64,000 nt of DNA from Bdellovibrionales bacterium (GTDB lineage Bacteria; Bdellovibrionota; Bdellovibrionia; Bdellovibrionales; JAMPXM01). The position numbers and the translations under genes were made by a program. Within the stretch, counting starts at the first letter, position 1, and every line of letters begins with the position of its first letter. The DNA lies in the NCBI GenBank assembly GCA_043739185.1, contig JAYUEN010000008.1, forward strand, positions 2,750 through 66,749, given 5' to 3'. Below are positions 57,616 to 64,000 of the stretch, in pieces. The notes beneath the pieces are model-generated. The model searched no databases. It saw only the letters and a list, made by a program, of their open reading frames with translations, and was not told the origin of the DNA.

Positions 57616-58041
57616 TTATCTCGTTTTTTCAGAATTAGACTTTTCATTACTTAATTTTAATTGTTCTTGTTTTTTAATCTGTTCGACCGCTGACTTCCAA
57701 CCGTCATAAAGAGTTTCTAATATCTTCAAAACGTTTTTCAGATTCTCAGCGTTATTATTAATATTGGCTTGCGTGAGTTGCTCGGTCATATACATATAGA
57801 GCTGCTCCAAATTTTTAGAAATCTCTCCGCCAACCTTATGATCCAAAGTATTGTTAAGCTCCATAATGACGTCATAGGCCCGACCAATACTGGTTCCTTT
57901 ATCCGCAATTTGCTTCAGTTCAATTGCGGTGATGGCTTGCTTCACAAAGCGAATCGCACCTTCATACATCATGAGTAGAAGTTTTTCGCGACTCGCACTT
58001 TGAACTGAAGTCGCCTTATATTTTTGATATGCATTTTTCAT
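57616..58041 (-). CDS. fliS: Flagellin chaperone FliS
   Basis: AYQKY...ASREKLLLMMYEGAIRF; EL..TLD..VGGEI..NL..LY.YM. Confidence 0.95.
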   Translation of the reverse strand: MKNAYQKYKATSVQSASREKLLLMMYEGAIRFVKQAITAIELKQIADKGTSIGRAYDVIMELNNTLDHKVGGEISKNLEQLYMYMTEQLTQANINNNAENLKNVLKILETLYDGWKSAVEQIKKQEQLKLSNEKSNSEKTR

Positions 58042-58074
58042 AATTTAGCCAGCCTCCATTGAGCACTCATTCTC

Positions 58075-58101
58075 TTTTCGGAACAATAATCACAACATTT
58101 G
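58075..58101 (-). promoter_or_regulatory. Candidate sigma28 promoter for fliS
   Basis: CAAA-N15-TCCGAAAA. Confidence 0.5.
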
Positions 58102-58127
58102 AACGCTAATTTCATTCTCATCTAATT

Positions 58128-59510
58128 CTAGCCCTGATTTAATTGTGGTCCCGCAAAACCGCCGCCACCTAGAGCCGCAACTTGAGAGCCCTGTGCCTTT
58201 AGTCGCGACATGGTTTCCTCAAGCCTTGAAAACTTTTCACGTAATTGCTCTTCCTTCTTAGTTAATTGCTTTTCTTTTTGTTCAATCCTTTGGTCAAAAT
58301 CATTAATTTTCTCTTGTAAACCTTTTTTTCGATTTGCTATGGGACCAAATGCTGAATTGAGTAAGTTTCCAATTTCCCGCTTGAGCGAAGGAACAAAGCC
58401 TGTATTGAAGCCGTCTCCAACCAAAAAACCATGAACGCCATCTGGATTTCCGCCTAGCGTAGTTTCAAATTTTTTCTGATCGAGCTCTAGGATTCCGGCC
58501 CGGGTGAAGCGTATTCCGATTTCACTCAGGGTTTTGATCGGACTCTTAACACCATACTGCGGATTTTGAATCAACTGCCTGAGCCGATTTTCAACTGTTC
58601 TAAGAAGACCATCTCCGCCCAAAGTCTGTGTGGTGTCCGAAGATTTATCTAATTTATTTTGCGCCTGAATGAATTGCAGTACCGCATTCATTGAATCAAC
58701 AAAACCCTTTACTTTTCCGGCAATGATTTCATGGTCCTCTTTTACTGAGAGTGTAACCGGATTTCCCGGAGAGGCTTTTTTGAGTTCAAGATTAATTCCC
58801 GGTATGAGGTCCTTTAGATTATTATCGGCTATTTCGAAATCAAAGCCGTCGACCTTGACCAATCCATTCAAGGCCTCTTTTTTTGATTCGAAAAAGAGAT
58901 CTTGGTCGCCATCGAGAAAATACAGCGTAGGGTACTCAATTCCTTTTTCTGCACCTACGCCTTCGGCTGATATCACGAGCTTGAACGGATTGTCCGTGTC
59001 TTTGCGGTCATTAATAATCGCCGCGCGCACGCCCAAATGTGAATTATTTATCGCTTTGGCGGCTCCTTCTAAAGTATTGTTTGAACCATTGATATAAACA
59101 CTCTTGTCTCCATCAGGGGTTTTGAAGCGAAAATATCCTACTCCCAATTGAGAAGAGTCTCGATCCGGAAATCCATTGGTAATGGCCGATGCTTTTTGCG
59201 CGAGTTGATCTACTTCGACTGTCCACGAGCCGTTAGGCGCTATAGATGGATCGATGGTGCCATTGATCACATTGGGATCGCTTGAATTGAGTTTGATATC
59301 GGTAAAGCCTTTGGAATTTGCCAACTCGCCAATTTTACCTTGGATATCGTTGATCTTGGTTTCAATTTCAGTAACCAGCTTCATGCGGTTTTCAGATTTT
59401 CCCTTTTGAGCTTGCATATTTTTTATAGGAAGTTTTTCGGCCTCGATCATTTGATCGACCAGATTTGGTGGCAATCCAGTATTTATTCCGCCGAAGGTAA
59501 TCGCAGGCAC
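58128..59510 (-). CDS. fliD: Flagellar filament cap FliD
   Basis: GINTGL...VDQMIEAE; V.QLAQ; N.L.DLIPGI.LEL; L.GDG.LR; FSRLE..MSRL. Confidence 0.93.
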   Translation of the reverse strand: MPAITFGGINTGLPPNLVDQMIEAEKLPIKNMQAQKGKSENRMKLVTEIETKINDIQGKIGELANSKGFTDIKLNSSDPNVINGTIDPSIAPNGSWTVEVDQLAQKASAITNGFPDRDSSQLGVGYFRFKTPDGDKSVYINGSNNTLEGAAKAINNSHLGVRAAIINDRKDTDNPFKLVISAEGVGAEKGIEYPTLYFLDGDQDLFFESKKEALNGLVKVDGFDFEIADNNLKDLIPGINLELKKASPGNPVTLSVKEDHEIIAGKVKGFVDSMNAVLQFIQAQNKLDKSSDTTQTLGGDGLLRTVENRLRQLIQNPQYGVKSPIKTLSEIGIRFTRAGILELDQKKFETTLGGNPDGVHGFLVGDGFNTGFVPSLKREIGNLLNSAFGPIANRKKGLQEKINDFDQRIEQKEKQLTKKEEQLREKFSRLEETMSRLKAQGSQVAALGGGGFAGPQLNQG

Positions 59511-59629
59511 CAGTGACTCCTAATCAAGAGGTGATTTGCTCTTTCCTTTATTCTCACAGATAAATACAAGATATTGTGAGCCAATAAAATGGCCTTGAGC
59601 CTTTGGCTAGTGTCAAAATTTATGCGAAG

Positions 59630-60001
59630 CTACATGGCTTTGTTGAGTAAGTGCCCAGATTTTTTTTGGCGATTTTGAGTCAATACACTGAGCTCGGCTT
59701 CTGGTATTCTTCGAACTACTTTTCCAAGCTGATCTTCAATATAAACGACGCTGACGCCGTCCGCGACAGCCAGCCGGACTTTGAGGTTGTTCATTTTTAC
59801 ACCCTCAAGACCTTCAAGATATACGATGGCTTCTTTGAGCTCTTCTGGACTTAAGTTGCGCTTTGGTTTTTGTTCTTCTTTTTGAGACTGACCATTGCCA
59901 TCGCGATCACCGGTTTCAGCAGTTACGGTGCGCTTATCCACCTTTGCAGGTGCCTGCACATTGAAAGGCCAAGAACTTCTTAATACCGATTTAATATCCA
60001 T
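59630..60001 (-). CDS. FlaG-like protein
   Basis: EELKEAI...VVYIED..GKVVRRIP; between fliC and fliD. Confidence 0.65.
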   Translation of the reverse strand: MDIKSVLRSSWPFNVQAPAKVDKRTVTAETGDRDGNGQSQKEEQKPKRNLSPEELKEAIVYLEGLEGVKMNNLKVRLAVADGVSVVYIEDQLGKVVRRIPEAELSVLTQNRQKKSGHLLNKAM

Positions 60002-60009
60002 ACATTTTT

Positions 60010-60037
60010 TTATCGGCTATCCCGTTTGAAATATTTA
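60010..60037 (-). promoter_or_regulatory. Sigma28 promoter for the flaG-like gene
   Basis: TAAA-N16-GCCGATAA, 8 nt before the ATG. Confidence 0.7.
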
Positions 60038-60228
60038 AATTGAGAGCTATTTTCTAGCTATTCGGCTTGATCCAAAACTTCTCTCTCCACTTAAGTACCC
60101 ACCAGAGAGCTCACGCCCTCTGGGTAGGTGGTACAAGAGAAAAAGCTTAGAGGACACCTTTTCCCTCGCAGATGCTTAAGTCACATCTGCAATTTATTTT
60201 TAATAAATTAAAATTAGTTATAAAATTA

Positions 60229-61062
60229 TTATGCTAATAATTTAAGAGCGAGTTGCGGTTGTTGATTTGCCTGAGCAACCACTGAAGTAGACGCACTCAT
60301 TAAAATATTATTCTTAGTTAATTCGGCACTTGAGGCCGCAATGTCAGTATCACGAATACGTGAGTTCGCAGCTGATAAATTCTCCATCGACACGCCTAAG
60401 TTATCAGATGTTGAATTCAAGCGATTCTGCAAGGCTCCTAAATTCGCGCGATAGCCGTTGACTTGAACTTGCGCCACATCGAGAGTTTCAAGTGCATTTC
60501 TTGCATTTTCTTTATCAGAAAAATCAAGACCATCGATTCCTAAGTTTGAAGCGGAAGCATCTGCTTCTGAGGCATTGAATTTAATTCTATCTTTGAAATC
60601 ATCGTTGTTTAAGTCAATTTGGAAGGAAAACTCTCCGCCGGAGCCATCAAGAAGTTGAGTTTTTCCGAAACGAGTCGTTTTTGAAATCCGATCGGCCTCA
60701 ACTTTTAATTGTTGCACCTCTTTATTGACGAATCCACGCTCGGTATCACCAATGGTGTCTGAAGCGGCTTGAACGCCCAATTCACGAAGTCGAGTCATAA
60801 TGTTTGAAATCTCATTCAAACCACCCTCTGCAACTTGCACCATCGACACACCGTCGTTGGCATTGCGCTGAGCTTGCATATAGCCGCGAATATGCGACTT
60901 CATGTTTTCGCTGATTGAGAGTCCAGCGGCATCGTCAGCAGATTTGGTAATCCGACTTCCTGAAGAAAGTTGGGCGAAACTCTTTTGAATTTCGCGCTGA
61001 CTCCCTACCAGTGAGCGCTGTGCGTTTATCGAAGCTATATTTGTCCCTACTCTTAGTCCCAT
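60229..61062 (-). CDS. fliC: Flagellin (minimal, 277 aa)
   Basis: LSSGSRI..SADDAAGL.ISE; NANDGVS..QVAEG; RANLGA.QNRL; SRIRDTD. Confidence 0.97.
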   Translation of the reverse strand: MGLRVGTNIASINAQRSLVGSQREIQKSFAQLSSGSRITKSADDAAGLSISENMKSHIRGYMQAQRNANDGVSMVQVAEGGLNEISNIMTRLRELGVQAASDTIGDTERGFVNKEVQQLKVEADRISKTTRFGKTQLLDGSGGEFSFQIDLNNDDFKDRIKFNASEADASASNLGIDGLDFSDKENARNALETLDVAQVQVNGYRANLGALQNRLNSTSDNLGVSMENLSAANSRIRDTDIAASSAELTKNNILMSASTSVVAQANQQPQLALKLLA

Positions 61063-61305
61063 TTGGAACTCCTCTAATGTTTTGCGAAAAATCCTATCTC
61101 GCCCTCTTCAAAGCTTTACCTACAAAACTTAAAAGAGAGAGTGCCTTCCATTTTTTTGTTGGTTGGCACCTTTTGGTTGAACACGTTTGGTGAGTCGCCG
61201 TTCTTTCTTTTTGTCCTAGACCTTCATCGAGTTACAATCGAGCAGTCACACTCTTTTGGCTCTCCAGTCTAAAATTCAAAGTCCGTATTGCTGGTCACAA
61301 ACATC

Positions 61306-61332
61306 CTTTCGGCTAGGTCTGTGAAGGCTTTA
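61306..61332 (-). promoter_or_regulatory. Sigma28 (FliA) promoter of flagellin
   Basis: TAAA-N15-GCCGAAAG. Confidence 0.8.
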
Positions 61333-61492
61333 GTCTCGTCTAGCAAAACTAGACTATTGTCAGATAGGAACTGGACCTAAGTTTTGCTTTTCAATTCATT
61401 CGTCGAGTTTTTTCAGGGCCTAGGTCTAGGAAATTTGCAATTAGAAACCAGACGAGTCGATGGTCCACAGACCTATACACAGTCTTAGGACC

Positions 61493-62797
61493 TTAGTCAT
61501 TGCCAGGAGTATGACGTAGTTTGCCTTTTCCTAGCCAGCGATTGAGCAGGATATAAATGATAAAAAGTGGAAATAAAAAAATGAGCCGTCCTTGATAGCG
61601 GTCTGCGGGCTCAGTCAAAGAACCGCATATAATTGCATTTAATATGAGAACGCCCATTAAAAGTTCAAAAAAATTATTCTGAGCTACTGAGAGTTTTTTA
61701 TAGAGCAATACAAATATAAAAAAGCTTATGACTATTATCATGAAATAAAGTTCTTCTAAAATATGGCGAACATTTTCAATATGCTCAGGTTCATACTTTT
61801 TCAAAGTTTGACTTTCAAATTGTGCTTTTTCAAATTCGCTATACAAAATCAAAGTGTCTTTTACCGAGTGATCATTTGGAGTCGCCTCTGGAGGTTTTGA
61901 AAAATAAATGAACTGCTTGAGAATATTGAGCGAAGACTTTCGCAGAAATTCTAAAACCAATGCGCGCCTATGAAAGACTTCATTGCATACCTTACGCAAT
62001 TCAGCTTGAAGGACCGGTAATCCGCCAAGACGCTTAATAGATCCATGCGAGGACCAGTCCCATGGGTTAAATCCATCCTTTAATACGAGGCACAATTTAA
62101 GGTCTTCAGTTTTGCACTTTTCTTCTAGAAAACTTTGACTGATATCGAGAGCCTGCAAACGTGAAAAAAGATAAAAATACGCTGAGTTGGTGAGCGTAAA
62201 CTGATTGAAACGCGCAAAATGCACTGCCGGCAAAATTAGAATAGGAATCAGAAAGAGAAAAACAATTTTCTGTCTAGACTTCTGAATCAACATAAGGATC
62301 AGTGCAATTAAAAAGAGAGCTGCGCACAAAACCAAATTAGAATAATGAACCATACTCGCAAAAATCAATGAAAAGCCATAGAACCACTTCCATGCAAAAC
62401 CACTTTTTTCGTGAAATAAATTAAACAGAGCAAGAAACTGAATCGCAAAAAAAATATCCGGCATGATAAAGTTTGAATAAATTGCAATAGGCGTAAGCAG
62501 TACCGAAAGAAAAATTACGAGAAAGTAAATTCGTCGATCCAGCTCCATTATTTTTGAAGTGCGCTCAATGAGTAAACTCAGCCAAGCACTTTGAACAAGG
62601 ATCAACAGAAATAAAGAATGTGAAAATGCAACCAATGCCGAGTATGCCAGGGGCCTAAATAAAAAAGAGGATTCATACAATGTATTCTTAGCATAAAAAA
62701 GATAGAACCCAGTATCGTAATAAACCAAAGGGAATCTATTTAATATAGTAGGTATCAAAAACAAAAAAATAGATAGAACAGAAAATAATTTGGTCAT
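61493..62797 (-). CDS. Polytopic membrane protein, possibly GT-C-like
   Basis: About 10 hydrophobic segments; N-terminal NRFPLVYYDTGFY loop, IMPD, late DRY motif; AT-rich. Confidence 0.65.
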   Translation of the reverse strand: MTKLFSVLSIFLFLIPTILNRFPLVYYDTGFYLFYAKNTLYESSFLFRPLAYSALVAFSHSLFLLILVQSAWLSLLIERTSKIMELDRRIYFLVIFLSVLLTPIAIYSNFIMPDIFFAIQFLALFNLFHEKSGFAWKWFYGFSLIFASMVHYSNLVLCAALFLIALILMLIQKSRQKIVFLFLIPILILPAVHFARFNQFTLTNSAYFYLFSRLQALDISQSFLEEKCKTEDLKLCLVLKDGFNPWDWSSHGSIKRLGGLPVLQAELRKVCNEVFHRRALVLEFLRKSSLNILKQFIYFSKPPEATPNDHSVKDTLILYSEFEKAQFESQTLKKYEPEHIENVRHILEELYFMIIVISFFIFVLLYKKLSVAQNNFFELLMGVLILNAIICGSLTEPADRYQGRLIFLFPLFIIYILLNRWLGKGKLRHTPGND

Positions 62798-62843
62798 TAC
62801 GAACTTCGATTGTCCCTTTTCATTTTGCTAAAGTCACCGCTCA

Positions 62844-63653
62844 TTATACTTTGAAAAAATCACAGGTCAGCGCCATACATTCTTCAGGTGCCGAAGGGGC
62901 CGCCACCCGGCTTGCATCGCTTAAAAAGTTGAGCAACAGTTCTTTGATTTTTTGAACATCTTCAAAACTCATCGTTTGCACTCCAGTAAAATGAATGGCT
63001 TCATTGCGGCCCAGCGCCTGCGCATCGAGTAAAGCACGCATTCGCCAATTTTGATGATGCAGCAATACCAATGGCGAATCTTGAGACGCATGAAACTCTC
63101 CGGAGTGAAACTTCCACGTCCCTGAGGTATGGGTTAAAAAACCCTGCTGCTCAAGCCCCTTTAGAAATTCAAGTATTTGTTCTTGTTGAAGCCCCGTACG
63201 CGATGCAAGCTTTGCCACATTCTGAAATTCTGGAATAGACGTTAAGAAGTGAAGTGCACTCCAGATCCAAGATGAAAAATAAGTAGCCTGATAGGAATCA
63301 ACGAGAAAAGCCTTTCGATCGGTTCGCTCTGCAATTGATTCATTTTTCTTTTTGATTTCAATGATTTTATTACGTAAAAATTCTTTGTAATTTTTGTCGC
63401 CTGCGCGTTCGAACTCGACCAGATTTAAAAAGTAATCGCGCTCACTTAGACTGAGCTTCCAAAATCTAGACAAATTGAAGGCGTGATCAGGCGTCAGATG
63501 AAGATTTTCAGATATCACACGTGACAAATACGACCTACCGCAATTTAAGAATTTCGCTGCCCTGGTAAGTTCCCCCCGGCGCTCCGATCCAGTTAACATA
63601 AACGCCATCAAAGTTTTGTAAGTATTGAATTTGAAAACGCTTTCTTTTTTCAT
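62844..63653 (-). CDS. TIGR02147 / DUF4423-type protein with N-terminal HTH
   Basis: AKFLNCGRSYLSRVI HTH; E..YF..LV..ERA; YFSSWIWSALH; HHQNWR. Confidence 0.8.
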   Translation of the reverse strand: MKKESVFKFNTYKTLMAFMLTGSERRGELTRAAKFLNCGRSYLSRVISENLHLTPDHAFNLSRFWKLSLSERDYFLNLVEFERAGDKNYKEFLRNKIIEIKKKNESIAERTDRKAFLVDSYQATYFSSWIWSALHFLTSIPEFQNVAKLASRTGLQQEQILEFLKGLEQQGFLTHTSGTWKFHSGEFHASQDSPLVLLHHQNWRMRALLDAQALGRNEAIHFTGVQTMSFEDVQKIKELLLNFLSDASRVAAPSAPEECMALTCDFFKV

Positions 63654-63662
63654 GTTTACTAA

Positions 63663-63691
63663 ATTGTACGTATTTCGTTCATTGTTTACAA
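63663..63691 (-). promoter_or_regulatory. Sigma70-type promoter of the TIGR02147 gene (near-leaderless)
   Basis: TTGTAA-N17-TACAAT, 9 nt before the ATG; palindrome CATTGT-TT-ACAATG over the -35. Confidence 0.65.
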
Positions 63692-63761
63692 TGATTATCT
63701 AGACGCAATACGTTATCTGGTTTAAATTACGCACAACTTATAAGTTAAAAAACTAAAAATT

Positions 63762-63777
63762 TGGACCTCGTTTTGCT
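63762..63777 (+). promoter_or_regulatory. Sigma54-like promoter for the gene at 63808
   Basis: TGGACC-TCGTT-TTGCT, GG-N10-GC. Confidence 0.65.
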
Positions 63778-63807
63778 AGGTCCCTTAACCAGAATACGGA
63801 GTAATTT

Positions 63808-64000
63808 ATGTTCGATTTAAAGCGATTTGCATTGGTTTTTGCGACGATTTTTGTAAGCTGCAGCTCAGTCTTGGCAGCAGGTGGCGGAAATACTGACCCG
63901 AATGGTCCCGGCGGAACCGGCGGCGGCAATGTCTTACGTTCAGACCGAAAGGATTTAGAGGAGGAAATTTATTATCTAAGCTCTTCGATTTGGGATATTT
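63808..64000 (+). CDS. 5' part of a secreted protein with a Gly-rich motif after the signal peptide (cut by the window edge)
   Basis: GGAG SD; MFDLKRFALVFATIFVSCSSVLA-AGGGNTDPNGPGGTGGGNVLRS...; open to the window end; not in the ORF track. Confidence 0.75.
   Translation, partial: MFDLKRFALVFATIFVSCSSVLAAGGGNTDPNGPGGTGGGNVLRSDRKDLEEEIYYLSSSIWDI

Noticed and set aside
61372-61388. TGGACCTAAGTTTTGCT, similar to the sigma54-like element at 63762
   Set aside because: GG-N11-GC spacing breaks the strict N10 rule, and it points antisense into a gene end.
1-64000. CRISPR arrays, tRNA/rRNA genes, transposases, prophage or defence genes
   Set aside because: No regularly spaced repeats, cloverleaf/T-loop signatures or such protein motifs were seen by eye; a tRNAscan/Infernal run would be needed to exclude small RNAs.

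Overview
Ordinary-looking chromosomal window from a Gram-negative bacterium that is probably Bdellovibrionota. This is inferred from the minimal 277-aa flagellin, a TIGR02147/DUF4423-type protein, a GYF_2-PilZ protein, a DUF222-like HNH protein and the overall gene order. It contains yacG, HU, pfkA and a livJHMGF transporter; a large minus-strand flagellar basal-body/hook operon (TPR, sigma54 activator, flgBC, fliEFGHIJ, motE-like, fliK, flgD, TIGR02530, flgE); mlaEFD, dciA-like, trmFO, smpB-rsmA-tsaD-cpoB-pal, an Omp85-type peptidase/propeller protein, ssb, HNH, mscS, an aminotransferase, coaD, rsmD and a two-component pair; and a second flagellar island (fliC, flaG-like, fliD, fliS, then a sigma54-driven TPR/Maf-like/two GT9 locus). 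I found no rRNA, tRNA, CRISPR array or transposase. The most interesting signals are non-coding or regulatory: (i) a near-leaderless TIGR02147 regulator divergent from a sigma54 promoter driving a secreted Gly-motif protein; (ii) twin identical-loop hairpins in the flgE leader; (iii) a 122-bp palindromic MITE/REP-like element inside the flagellar operon; (iv) a cluster of perfect palindromes at 184-317; (v) sigma54 promoters with FleQ-like boxes; (vi) a flagellum-linked glycosyltransferase locus with an apparently unannotated 56-aa ORF. All family calls come from motif recognition only; no database search was run.
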